Shown piece by piece: positions 1-9,023 of a DNA stretch of 25,366 nt. Location of the stretch: positions 1 through 25,366 of IMG/VR virus record IMGVR_UViG_3300032073_000224; one strand, written 5' to 3'. The notes beneath the pieces were generated by a model. That model worked only from the letters and a program-made list of their open reading frames with translations, was not told where the DNA came from and did no database searches. This stretch comes from a virus (Duplodnaviria > Caudoviricetes). Both the position numbers and the translations under genes were made by a program. Every line of letters starts with the position of its first letter. The first letter of the stretch is position 1.

Positions 1-11
1 TGTTTGGCTTC

Positions 12-497
12 ATGGGGCTCGACAAAGAACGTGCGTCACTGGCTGACTGGCTCAGTGAAATGCAGCGAGTTCCAAATGCGGAAGCAAGTGCAGAGCGAGC
101 TAGAAGATCAAGGGCAAACAAACGCAACGCTCCTTTTGAAAGTGCTGTCGCTGACTTGCCGGCAACAGCAAGCCCGTCAATAGAAATGGACTGGGTTAAG
201 TCGCACCCAGCTATGACAAGAAAAGATCGTCAGAAAAACACTTCCGACAAAATTCTTATCACGCCCGACGACATTCTTAAAGCTCCGAACGGCAAATGCC
301 CCAGTCGATCAGCCGCACAAATGTTGCAGCACTACGCCAACAAGCCTGATGCGTTTTTCAAGGAGTTGCTTTCTGAAACAAAGAAGGCAAAGAGCCAGGA
401 AGATGAGGCAGAGGCAGAGAAACGCGCGCTAAAAACCAACTCCGAAATTTCAGACATGCTCGACGCCTTGTTCCCTCCCCCCGAAGATGGATTATGA
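12..497 (+). CDS. Putative terminase small subunit (possibly 5'-truncated)
   Basis: 161-aa charged, helical ORF overlapping the large terminase start by ATGA (494-497). The frame is open back to the window edge (ttt ggc ttc atg), so the true start may lie upstream. Function is inferred from position only. Confidence 0.5.
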   Translation: MGLDKERASLADWLSEMQRVPNAEASAERARRSRANKRNAPFESAVADLPATASPSIEMDWVKSHPAMTRKDRQKNTSDKILITPDDILKAPNGKCPSRSAAQMLQHYANKPDAFFKELLSETKKAKSQEDEAEAEKRALKTNSEISDMLDALFPPPEDGL

Positions 498-2395
498 GCG
501 AACTTTACAAAAGAGTCCCAATGGACTTGGAAGGGAACCTGAGATGGAGGCAGGTCGTTCAGACTCGCTGCATAGACGACTTGGGGTTTCGCGATGCCAT
601 GATGCAGGCATGTGCCGAAGATGCACTGTTCTTTTTCAATGGCTTTTGCTGGGTGTATGAGCCTCGTCCAAGGAAACTCAATGGTCGTTTATTGCCCAAG
701 CAAATACCTTTCATTGCGTGGGACCATCAAGTGCCTGCCATACAAGAGATCGACAAGCACTTGGGGCTCAGTGACACGGGCGTAGAGAAGTCTCGCGGCG
801 AAGGTGCAAGCTGGATGGGCGTTTTGTTTGCTGTGCGGGATTTTATCTTCAATCCAATGAGTGCGGTCGGAATCGTGAGCAAGGACGAAAGGGCGGCTGA
901 TGATCCGAAGAACCCAGACAGCATCGGATGGAAGATTGACTGGGAGCTAACGCGACTGCCGCGATGGATGAGCGGCGAGAAGAACGTCAACTACAAGCGT
1001 GAACTGGCGAACCACAGTTGGACGAACCTCGACAACAAGTCAACGATCAGTGCGTTTGCTGCAACCGGAAACGTGGCTTCTGGTGGTCGCAAAAGCTGGT
1101 TCCTCATGGATGAGCTTGCTAAGTTCCCGAGAGGTCCAGACGAAATGGCAATGGCATCAACTCAGCATGTCACAGACTGCCGACTTGTCGTCTCGACGCC
1201 GCTTGGTAGCGATGGTGCGTATTACGAACTCATGCACACTCCTAGCAACATGGTCAAGGTGATTTTGGATTGGAAGCAAAATCCAATCCGAAATCGCGGG
1301 CTATACCGCATGGAAAAGCACATGCCGGTTGCACTGGACCCAGAAAGCAATCCGCTTCCTGATGATTACAGCCCGCCCACCGATGAAGTCAAAGCAAAGT
1401 TTGATCGCCTGCGTCGCAGGGGCTTTAAGCTGGAAGGCACTGAGCGATCGCCGTGGTATGACGACCAGTGCGACCGAGGTGGTGCGACTCCGCAAAACAT
1501 TGCACAAGAACTGGATCGCGATTATGGAGGATCGAGCTACAGGGTCTTTGGGCATGAGTTTAATTCTTTGGCTGAGAAAACCATATTGCCTACTACGCAT
1601 GAAGGTGACATTGACTTTGACACGCGAACGCTTGAGCCCCGAATTGACCGGATGGAAAATGGACCATTGAAACTCTGGTGTGCGTTAGATCAGTTTGGGC
1701 GTCCACCCCAAAGGCAGTATGTAATCGGCTGCGATGTTAGCAATGGTCTTGGCGGTTCGTTTACCTCGTCATCAACTGCGATGATCTTTGAAATGGTTGG
1801 CGATGAATTGCAGCAGGTTGGCGAATGGACTGGAAGAACAACCCCACCTCAAGAGTTTGCCGATCTTTGTATTTCGCTTTGCAAGTATTTTAGCGGTGCG
1901 TACCTAGCTTGGGAGCATAACGGCCCAGGCGCAGCGTTCACGAGAAGGGTCATACACCAGCAGTACACAAACATTTACTACCGTCGATCGCTGACAAGAC
2001 GTAAGCGAACAAAGCGAACCGAGCCTGGGTGGTGGACAGACGAAAGAACAAAGGTCGTGATGTTTACTGACTTTCGGCAGGGCGTCAAAGAAAGCAAAGT
2101 AATCATAAGATCAAAAGAACTCCTAAAGGAATGTGGAGTTTACGTTTACAAGAACGGAAAGATTGAACACGCATTGGTTGCTGGTGCAACAGACGACGCC
2201 AAAGGAGTAAGTCACGGCGACCGTGTGATCGGAGCAGCTATCGCGTTGCAAGGAAGCAAGGACTGTGCGTCCAGTAGTCCTAACTCTGAGTTTGCCGCTG
2301 TAGCGAAAGCACCGTCAGGGTCGTTTGCAGAAAGGCACAATCAATTTCTATCTGATTCGCAACAAAAGGATTTCAGCGATGAGTGGAAAGACTAA
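494..2395 (+). CDS. terL: Terminase large subunit
   Basis: ATPase motifs: Walker A-like VEKSRGEGASW, Walker B WFLMDE, coupling motif VVSTP. C-terminal RNase H-like nuclease motifs: YVIGCDVSNG, WEHNGPG, HGDRVIGAAIA. Lies upstream of the portal gene. Confidence 0.95.
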   Translation: MSELYKRVPMDLEGNLRWRQVVQTRCIDDLGFRDAMMQACAEDALFFFNGFCWVYEPRPRKLNGRLLPKQIPFIAWDHQVPAIQEIDKHLGLSDTGVEKSRGEGASWMGVLFAVRDFIFNPMSAVGIVSKDERAADDPKNPDSIGWKIDWELTRLPRWMSGEKNVNYKRELANHSWTNLDNKSTISAFAATGNVASGGRKSWFLMDELAKFPRGPDEMAMASTQHVTDCRLVVSTPLGSDGAYYELMHTPSNMVKVILDWKQNPIRNRGLYRMEKHMPVALDPESNPLPDDYSPPTDEVKAKFDRLRRRGFKLEGTERSPWYDDQCDRGGATPQNIAQELDRDYGGSSYRVFGHEFNSLAEKTILPTTHEGDIDFDTRTLEPRIDRMENGPLKLWCALDQFGRPPQRQYVIGCDVSNGLGGSFTSSSTAMIFEMVGDELQQVGEWTGRTTPPQEFADLCISLCKYFSGAYLAWEHNGPGAAFTRRVIHQQYTNIYYRRSLTRRKRTKRTEPGWWTDERTKVVMFTDFRQGVKESKVIIRSKELLKECGVYVYKNGKIEHALVAGATDDAKGVSHGDRVIGAAIALQGSKDCASSSPNSEFAAVAKAPSGSFAERHNQFLSDSQQKDFSDEWKD

Positions 2396-2885
2396 TCTTC
2401 GTCTGCACCGACCAACGAAGAATGATTACCCATACGGGATGCTTAGTCCCGAGGCTCGGCTTGCTCTCGGCATACGGCAGACCGCGATAGTCACTAATGA
2501 GCAAGTAGCTAGTGAGCTTGGATGCACTGTCAGGCAACTGAAAACCTTTGAGCGAAATCTCGCCAAAGATGAGATTTGTGGCTGGGTAAGAATGAATGGG
2601 CTTCCTGCTTCGTTTGGCGAGCCTGTCGCAAATAGGGTCCAATGCGTCTCTTGCAAGAACTGGATATTTCACGTTCCCTGCGTCCAATGCTGCACTTATC
2701 AAGGCAGCACATGCCGCAACGATTCAGAACCGGAGTTGCCTTTTGACCCGCTGGCAACCGATGCTATCCCTGGCTCGCAGCACAAGATCGAGATAATGGC
2801 AGACCGCGTTTCAATGGGCTTTAGCATTTTCTCGCCCAGAGATCGCTGCGATTTTACCCCGCGAACCGAACCAGTGAGCGATTAA
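2379..2885 (+). CDS. Hypothetical protein with HTH-like segment, CxxC...CxxC Zn-finger and a C-terminal TDAIPGS..K...R motif
   Basis: Start re-called to ATG 2379 (AAGGA about 8 nt upstream) instead of 2325. TNEQVASELGCTVRQLKTFER is HTH-like; CVSC-x8-CVQC is a likely zinc site. Confidence 0.65.
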   Translation: MSGKTNLRLHRPTKNDYPYGMLSPEARLALGIRQTAIVTNEQVASELGCTVRQLKTFERNLAKDEICGWVRMNGLPASFGEPVANRVQCVSCKNWIFHVPCVQCCTYQGSTCRNDSEPELPFDPLATDAIPGSQHKIEIMADRVSMGFSIFSPRDRCDFTPRTEPVSD

Positions 2886-4808
2886 ATGGACGATCAAAGC
2901 AAGTCTGACAACCCGTCGCAAAGAAACCAGCAGGATTCGGACACCACGAATCCGGCAGGAGTTGGGGAGTACGAGAATGTTGCCGACTTGCCAGAAGATG
3001 ACCAAGAGTTCTTAGAAAACGAAGTTTCTGAATCTGGCGACACAGGCAATCCCGAGCTTCCGTCCTCCGATCTGATGACGGAAGAACGAAAGCAGCGGTT
3101 GTTTAAGGCTGTTGAGCATAGCTATCGCGAATTGCGTCAATTCAGGGACTTAAACAAATCGCTGATTGAGGACTACGCAGGCCCAGCCTACACAGGTGAC
3201 GACACTCAGCCAGTGAAGTACATCAACCTAATGGCTCAAGCTGTTGAGGCTTACACGATGCTGCTGGTGGGTAGTAACCCGCAAGTATGCGCGGAAACTT
3301 ACGACCCTAGCTTAAAGGGCTTTGCCAATCACTTTGTTGTCGCACTAAACAACCTGCTTGACGAAATTGAAGTGCGAGACACATTCAAGGAGTGGGTTCG
3401 TAACTCGTTCTTTGGCATGGGCGTCATAAAAATCCACATGGCAGACTCGGGCGAAGTTGTTGCAGAGGGCGACGTTCTGATGGACCCAGGTTCTCCGTTT
3501 GCTTCCGTCGTTTCCCTTGACGACTGGGTGCATGATGCCAGTGCAAGAAAGTGGACAGAGTGTACGTTCCAAGGCGATATGTACCGGATACCGTTTGATG
3601 AGCTAGACAATGGGTTCTTTAATGAAGAAGCGGTAAAAGACCTACAGCCCAGTGGAACAATTAGCGAAACCGGAGAAAGAGTGGACAATCTTTCCCGTGA
3701 AGGCAATGCTAATCAATCAGAGTTTGAGGACATGATTGACCTCATCGACATTTACATTCCTCGCGATGGACTGATCTATACGTTTGTCATAGATGATCGA
3801 CGCATCTGTTCTCTAAAAGGTGACGCGATCGCAGTGACCGAGTGGATTGGCGATGAAGTCGGCCCTTACAAAAAGCTGTGCTTGACGAGCGTTCCTGACA
3901 ACACAATGCCGATACCTCCTGCTTCAATGTGGAGTCCGTTGGACAAGCTGGCAAACAACCTCATGCGAAAGGCTGCTCGTCAGGCAAAGCGAGCAAAGCA
4001 GGTTTTGACATACACTCCGCAGGGGGCCGAGGGTGCGAGCAGGATTAAACAGGCAAGCGATGGAGCAATGGTCGAGGTACAGGACGTATCTGAAGTTCAG
4101 CCGGTGTCGCTCGGAGGTGTTGATCCCGCAGTAAATGCCTTCATGCTGCAATCAATGGAACTATTTGACAGGATGAGCGGCAATCTGTCTGCAATCCTTG
4201 GACTGGGTACGTCAGCCGAAAGCGTAGGTCAGGAAAAGCTGATTCATGGTGCAACTAGCCGAATGGAAGAATCCATGCAGGCAACTGTCATGTACGCTGC
4301 AAATCAGGTGGTGAAGGAGCTTGCTCAGTTGTTATGGGAGGATAAGTACAAGACCATCAAGGGGCAAATGTCTCTCGATGGTCATCCAAGCATGACTGCT
4401 GAATCCAACTGGACACCAGACGACCGTGAAGGCATGTTCTCTGACTACAAGATTCAGCTTGATATTTACTCAATGAGCTACCAAGGGCCAGGTGAGAGAA
4501 TGATGGTTATCAACCAACTCTTGCAGCAAATGTACGCTCCGCTTCTGCCAATACTACAGCAGCAGGGTGGAACGATCGACATGCAGGCGTTGACTGCGAA
4601 GTACGCACAGATGCTAAATCAGCCTTCACTTTCTGAGATTGTCGTTTTCAATGAGCCTGTGCAAATGCCAGAGGCAGGACCGTCGCAAGAAGGGCAAGGC
4701 AAATCACCTGTATCAAACCGGACATACACAAGACGCAATGAGTCAGTCGGTAACAACTCTGGCGTCCCAGACATCCCTATTCCTCAGCAAGCCGAGCCAA
4801 AAACATGA
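2886..4808 (+). CDS. Portal protein (P22-like size and position)
   Basis: 640 aa, between TerL and scaffold/capsid. Contains FFGMGVIKIH, V-S-x-D-D-W-V-H-D-x-x-A and GTSAESVGQE (cf. T-A-T-E motif of podoviral portals), a helical C-terminal region and an acidic, disordered N-terminal extension. Confidence 0.85.
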   Translation: MDDQSKSDNPSQRNQQDSDTTNPAGVGEYENVADLPEDDQEFLENEVSESGDTGNPELPSSDLMTEERKQRLFKAVEHSYRELRQFRDLNKSLIEDYAGPAYTGDDTQPVKYINLMAQAVEAYTMLLVGSNPQVCAETYDPSLKGFANHFVVALNNLLDEIEVRDTFKEWVRNSFFGMGVIKIHMADSGEVVAEGDVLMDPGSPFASVVSLDDWVHDASARKWTECTFQGDMYRIPFDELDNGFFNEEAVKDLQPSGTISETGERVDNLSREGNANQSEFEDMIDLIDIYIPRDGLIYTFVIDDRRICSLKGDAIAVTEWIGDEVGPYKKLCLTSVPDNTMPIPPASMWSPLDKLANNLMRKAARQAKRAKQVLTYTPQGAEGASRIKQASDGAMVEVQDVSEVQPVSLGGVDPAVNAFMLQSMELFDRMSGNLSAILGLGTSAESVGQEKLIHGATSRMEESMQATVMYAANQVVKELAQLLWEDKYKTIKGQMSLDGHPSMTAESNWTPDDREGMFSDYKIQLDIYSMSYQGPGERMMVINQLLQQMYAPLLPILQQQGGTIDMQALTAKYAQMLNQPSLSEIVVFNEPVQMPEAGPSQEGQGKSPVSNRTYTRRNESVGNNSGVPDIPIPQQAEPKT

Positions 4809-5233
4809 GCTACCCATTCATCGACGATGAAGGAAATGTCCACAACCTTGACTTTGAACAGATGATTGAAGCCAAGGACGGGTTCTACCAGCTTGACGAT
4901 GGCACTTGGCTGCGACGAGTCAGGGGCGATTCTGTTCGGGCTCCCAAAGGTATTCGCCAAAGGACGGAAATCATTTCCGACTCAATGGGGTTTATCGAGA
5001 AGCAGTTGCCTGACATGCAAAAGCATCTCAAGCAGTCAGGGGTAAGAGGCGTTGAGTTTGTAAGAGACAAGACTGAGCCTAAGTTCTTTCAAGTCAAGTG
5101 TGACTCTCCAAATGTTTTGCAGAAGTATCTCAAGTCACGCCAGATGGCAGATTACAACACAAAAAACGGATCGGGAGCAATGCTTTCAGAGCAGCAACTT
5201 GCCGACGCAAAAGAATTGGTCTTGAGAAAATAG
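4805..5233 (+). CDS. Hypothetical protein
   Basis: 142-aa ORF coupled to the portal stop by an ATGA overlap. No recognisable family. Confidence 0.7.
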   Translation: MSYPFIDDEGNVHNLDFEQMIEAKDGFYQLDDGTWLRRVRGDSVRAPKGIRQRTEIISDSMGFIEKQLPDMQKHLKQSGVRGVEFVRDKTEPKFFQVKCDSPNVLQKYLKSRQMADYNTKNGSGAMLSEQQLADAKELVLRK

Positions 5234-5297
5234 TTTCACATCGACCACATTTATGGCAAATCGTCTCTTTTTTATGTAACTCGGGAATAAATAAAAA

Positions 5298-6245
5298 ATG
5301 GCAGAAGAAGAAATCCAACTCACCGCTGACGAAATCGCGATCGCAGAAGAACCGATCAGTGGTGACGCTCCGGTTGTTGAGGAAGCGGTCAGCGAGCCCG
5401 AAGCTCCGGTCGCTGAGGATGAATCTCCGGCGGACGATGAACCTGCTGATGAGCCTGCTGATGAGCAAAGCGACCCTGAGGAAGTTGGTCTATCTGATTC
5501 TGATTACACGCTGGGCGAAAGCTACGGGCTGACAAAAGAAGAAGTTGACGACCTTGGCAGCAGAGAGCTACTAGAGAAGTTTGGCAAGATTGCCGCTCGT
5601 CAAGTGAGCGAAGCAAAGCCTCAAAAGCAAGAGCCTGAGAAAAACGACGATGACGGCAAAGAGAGCGATGAGGATTCGCCCCCTGCTTGGGACTTGTCTA
5701 AGATCGACCTCGACGAATACGACGAAGTAACAAAGAGTGCGTTTAACGCGATCGACAGTTTGCAAAAAGAGATTCTTGGTCTTAAAGAGCAAAACAGCCG
5801 TCTAGAATCAACTCACGACGATTCCGCCTTGAAGGAATTTGGCAGCGAGCTTGACGCTCTTGATCCTGATTTTTTTGGGGTCCAGTACGGAAAGGGAAGC
5901 AAAGCCAAGAGATTGGGCAAGGAGCAAATGGATCGTCGCATGAAACTAGCGGAGGCGATCGACGTAATGACCGCTGGGTATTCGTCTCAGGGCAGGCCCA
6001 TCCCCGATCTAAACACACTCGTTAAGGACGCTGCTGCGATCACGTTCAGGGATAGGGTTGCAGAAGTAAGCAAGAAAGACGCAGTTGCCAAGCTCAAAAA
6101 ACAAGCCGCAAGGCGTCAATCTTCGGGGAGCCGGTCAAGAAAGCCAGCGAAGCCAGCCACTCATTATGACGACGACGAGCAGGAGATTCAGAGAATTTTG
6201 GCAGAGACGGACGATGCGTACCAACGCATGATAGAAGAAAACTAA
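5298..6245 (+). CDS. Putative capsid scaffolding protein
   Basis: Very acidic, low-complexity N-terminus, coiled-coil middle, basic patch and short C-terminal helix; lies directly upstream of the major capsid gene. Confidence 0.75.
   Translation: MAEEEIQLTADEIAIAEEPISGDAPVVEEAVSEPEAPVAEDESPADDEPADEPADEQSDPEEVGLSDSDYTLGESYGLTKEEVDDLGSRELLEKFGKIAARQVSEAKPQKQEPEKNDDDGKESDEDSPPAWDLSKIDLDEYDEVTKSAFNAIDSLQKEILGLKEQNSRLESTHDDSALKEFGSELDALDPDFFGVQYGKGSKAKRLGKEQMDRRMKLAEAIDVMTAGYSSQGRPIPDLNTLVKDAAAITFRDRVAEVSKKDAVAKLKKQAARRQSSGSRSRKPAKPATHYDDDEQEIQRILAETDDAYQRMIEEN
5436..5465 (+). repeat. 12-nt tandem repeat encoding DEPA-DEPA-DE
   Basis: gatgaacctgct gatgagcctgct gatgag, read directly from the sequence. 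Confidence 0.85.
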
Positions 6246-6308
6246 CCATTGATATTTGCGCTCGGGAAATGCGTGTGCTTCCGGCTTGTGTCGGGGCAGC
6301 ATGAATGG

Positions 6309-6326
6309 GGTCGCCCCACGGCGACC
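6309..6326 (+). promoter_or_regulatory. Perfect 7-bp GC hairpin in the capsid gene leader
   Basis: GGTCGCC-CCAC-GGCGACC with no U-tract, 27 nt upstream of the capsid ATG. Confidence 0.55.
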
Positions 6327-6352
6327 GTTACATTAGCCAAGAGGCAAGTAAA

Positions 6353-7393
6353 ATGTCTGTGGGATTAACCCCTGACCAACTGGACGATTTCGTTCAGTTG
6401 ACGCTCAAGAAGTTCCATCGGAACAAATGGACTGACATCTCCCTGCCGTACCAAAAGTACGTCGCAAGTCGATTCATGTCCAAGCAGAAAGTTGAAGAAC
6501 GAGGCGGCGAGCAAATCTCGTGGCGCGTTCAAGTCAAAAACTCCGGTCTTGCTCGCAATACCGGAATGTTTGCGACCGACGTTACTGGCGTCGAGGATGT
6601 GATGATTTCTGCTAACGTCCCTTGGGCGATGCAGACCGTCAATTACTCCTACGACATCGACGAGCCGGAGTTTCAGAGTGATCGCGAGACGATCATCCGA
6701 ATCTTGAAGGTTCGCGAGCATGATGCCATGAACAGCATGGCAGAGTTGAACGAAGAAAACCTTTGGTCAGCACCAACAAGTTCCGCTGACAAGCGACCAA
6801 TGGGAATCCCATTCTGGTTGCAAAAGGACACCAGCACCGATGGTGCGTTCAATGGTGGAAACCCAGGCGGCTTCTCAGGTGGCTCAGGTGGAATTGACAG
6901 TACCCAGTACCCTCGTTGGCGAAACTGGACTTTCGGTTACTCTGGATACACCGAAACCGACCTGATTAAAAAGGTCAAGAAAGCCTTGGTTTTCACTCAC
7001 TTCATGCCGCCAGTTCCTCATCCGAACATGGCACAAGGAAGCAGTGATTACGAGATTTTCACTACCTACATTGTTCAAGACGAGCTTGAGCGAATTGCAG
7101 AGGGTCGCAATGACCGTCTCGGTAGCGACGTTGCTCGTTACATGAATCAGGTCACGATTGGTGGCGTTCCACTGTCTTGGGTTCCTTACTTGGAAAACAA
7201 CGACACCTCAAACCCTCTTTATGGCATTAACTGGTCGGTGTTCCGTCCATTCGCCAAGACGGGTTGCCAGATGCGACGAAGCAAGCCGAAGGTCAGTCCT
7301 TCGCAGCACAATGTTCGCACTGTCCACATTGACAACTGGTGCAACTACATGTGCGTCGATCGTCGTGCATGTTGGGTTGGATCGCAAGCGTAG
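6353..7393 (+). CDS. Major capsid protein (HK97 fold)
   Basis: 346 aa from ATG 6353 (GAGG about 8 nt upstream; preferred over 6305). Follows the scaffold. GGEQISWRVQ, EENLW...PMGIP and GIDS..YPRWRNW patterns resemble podoviral capsid proteins. Confidence 0.85.
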   Translation: MSVGLTPDQLDDFVQLTLKKFHRNKWTDISLPYQKYVASRFMSKQKVEERGGEQISWRVQVKNSGLARNTGMFATDVTGVEDVMISANVPWAMQTVNYSYDIDEPEFQSDRETIIRILKVREHDAMNSMAELNEENLWSAPTSSADKRPMGIPFWLQKDTSTDGAFNGGNPGGFSGGSGGIDSTQYPRWRNWTFGYSGYTETDLIKKVKKALVFTHFMPPVPHPNMAQGSSDYEIFTTYIVQDELERIAEGRNDRLGSDVARYMNQVTIGGVPLSWVPYLENNDTSNPLYGINWSVFRPFAKTGCQMRRSKPKVSPSQHNVRTVHIDNWCNYMCVDRRACWVGSQA

Positions 7394-7454
7394 CGTCCTT
7401 TACGGCGTTACTTCAACAATCGCATACTTCAATTTGATTAGGACTTGAAAAGTC

Positions 7455-8276
7455 ATGTTAAACTTACTTTCTCCCGCATTGTTCACGAACCATCGTGGTC
7501 AAAGCAAAGCGGACGCCCCCAGCAACCGAATTTGGTCGCGAATTAAGGGCGAAACCGTTTCCCCTGATGGGACGGCATCTGCCCGTGGAATCATCAGTAA
7601 CTTTCAGGGCGGTGGCTGTAACGTCACAAACACCACTGGTCTTACTGGTGAAGGTTACTCGGCATTTGGCGATGCCGGTTGTGGGGCTGTTTCCCAAGCT
7701 GACGGCAGTGGGCTTCGTCTCACATGCACTGGAACCAACCTTGAAGCCAATATCATCTCTGGTGCTGGCGTCGGAGGAATTGGCACTTTGTCGCTTGATA
7801 GCACTCTCGCGTTTGAGACTGTTGTAAAGCTGACTCCTGCGGCTACCACCAACTTTTCGTTGCTGGCAGGCGTGATTGAGCCTGGCTCTGGTGGCAACAA
7901 TGCCATTGTTGACACAACTGGCGTTCCAAAAGCGTCCACTGACTTTGTTGGCTTCTATGTCAAGAAAGACAACGTGATCCGCTTTGGTTACGTCAACGGT
8001 GCTGGCACGATCAGCGATGTTTCTGGTGCGACCAAAACCATTGTCAGCGGAACCAGCTACAAGCTGGGTTTCTTGATCGACTCCAACAGCAAAGATGAAC
8101 TCCTCAAGGTGTTCATCGACGGTGTTCAGGTCGGCCAGAAAACGCGAGCAGAGTTGCTTGCCGATGCTGAGTGGCCTGATGACACCAACTTTGCAGCGAT
8201 TGTCGCAACAAAGTCGGTTTCTGGCTCGGCATCAACCGCTGACGTAAAGTTCGCTCACTGCGTACAGGTCAGCTAA
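7455..8276 (+). CDS. Putative capsid decoration/structural protein with a ConA/LamG-like beta-sandwich
   Basis: G/T/S-rich, all-beta character; YKLGFLID...LKVFIDGVQVG is a lectin-like strand pattern. Lies between the capsid gene and the terminator. Confidence 0.55.
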   Translation: MLNLLSPALFTNHRGQSKADAPSNRIWSRIKGETVSPDGTASARGIISNFQGGGCNVTNTTGLTGEGYSAFGDAGCGAVSQADGSGLRLTCTGTNLEANIISGAGVGGIGTLSLDSTLAFETVVKLTPAATTNFSLLAGVIEPGSGGNNAIVDTTGVPKASTDFVGFYVKKDNVIRFGYVNGAGTISDVSGATKTIVSGTSYKLGFLIDSNSKDELLKVFIDGVQVGQKTRAELLADAEWPDDTNFAAIVATKSVSGSASTADVKFAHCVQVS

Positions 8277-8315
8277 TTTCCGGCGTAGAAAATACGCTGG
8301 TCCGAGGACTACGCT

Positions 8316-8354
8316 GATGGCGGCATGGCAATAGCTGTGTCGCCATCTTTTTTT
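8316..8354 (+). terminator. Rho-independent terminator closing the head operon
   Basis: 14-bp stem GATGGCGGCATGGC / GCTGTGTCGCCATC (3 G-U pairs), loop AATA, followed by TTTTTTT (8348-8354). Confidence 0.9.
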
Positions 8355-8375
8355 GACTCGGGACAGGAAAGAACA

Positions 8376-9020
8376 TTGATTCATCCAAGAAATGCAGACC
8401 AGATTGAGCAAATGACAGGTCGCAGGGAGCAGCAGCTTCCAGCGGGATTTGATGATGAGTACATGGAGCAACTGAGGATGTTCCATCGCGTGAACAGCAG
8501 TGGAGGTCCACTGCCTATCGAGCTATTGATCCCGATGCTTCGCGAGTTTGAGATCGGTGGTCCTACTGAGGAAATACGGGAAGCGAACAAAACTCGTTGG
8601 GCTGAACAACCAAAGGGCGTGAAGGTTTTGTTGAACAAGGGCGGGTTTGACAAAAAGGGAATTTTTGTTGGCGTAATATCGGGCGGAACGATTGGCGTAC
8701 AGCTTGACGGAGAGGAACGGGTCATTGAAGTTCGCCCATCGACAGTAAAGCTCGACCGCTCGATCCCGTCTGACATAAACCAAGGCTCCCTTGTTGACGA
8801 CTATACGGACGAAGTGTCCGCCAAGCAGGTTGAACTGCTAGATGAATTGCCTGTTCATTGGCAGGAGATCAAACCGGCGCATCCTGTTTCCGTTGACGGG
8901 AAGGCAGGTGCTTATGTGGGAAGTACGCCAAACAGCCCCGAAGAAGTTACGGTCGAGATCGACGGGGAGTTTCAGAGCGTTGACAAGGCTCAGGTAACTT
9001 TACAAAAAACTCCGAGGTAA
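8376..9020 (+). CDS. Hypothetical protein with two small beta-barrel (SH3/KOW-like) repeats
   Basis: The track ATG 8325 lies inside the terminator stem; in-frame TTG 8376 has AGGA 7 nt upstream. Internal repeat W..x.G..V...G.xVG....V.lDGE...V....V.L occurs twice. Confidence 0.6.
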   Translation: MIHPRNADQIEQMTGRREQQLPAGFDDEYMEQLRMFHRVNSSGGPLPIELLIPMLREFEIGGPTEEIREANKTRWAEQPKGVKVLLNKGGFDKKGIFVGVISGGTIGVQLDGEERVIEVRPSTVKLDRSIPSDINQGSLVDDYTDEVSAKQVELLDELPVHWQEIKPAHPVSVDGKAGAYVGSTPNSPEEVTVEIDGEFQSVDKAQVTLQKTPR

Positions 9021-9023
9021 GAG

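Noticed and set aside
5870-5880. T7G4 run in the scaffold gene as a programmed frameshift site
   Set aside because: The ORF is intact through it, no stimulatory structure or meaningful alternative product is evident, and similar T runs occur elsewhere.
6305-6352. ORF-track N-terminal extension of the capsid protein
   Set aside because: It overlaps the leader hairpin and lacks a clear RBS; ATG 6353 fits better.
7391-7457. T7-like capsid readthrough or frameshift fusion to the downstream gene
   Set aside because: The downstream gene is in a different frame, another in-frame TAG follows, and no slippery heptamer is evident at the capsid 3' end.
8325-8375. ORF-track start at 8325
   Set aside because: It lies within the terminator stem; TTG 8376 with an AGGA RBS is more plausible.
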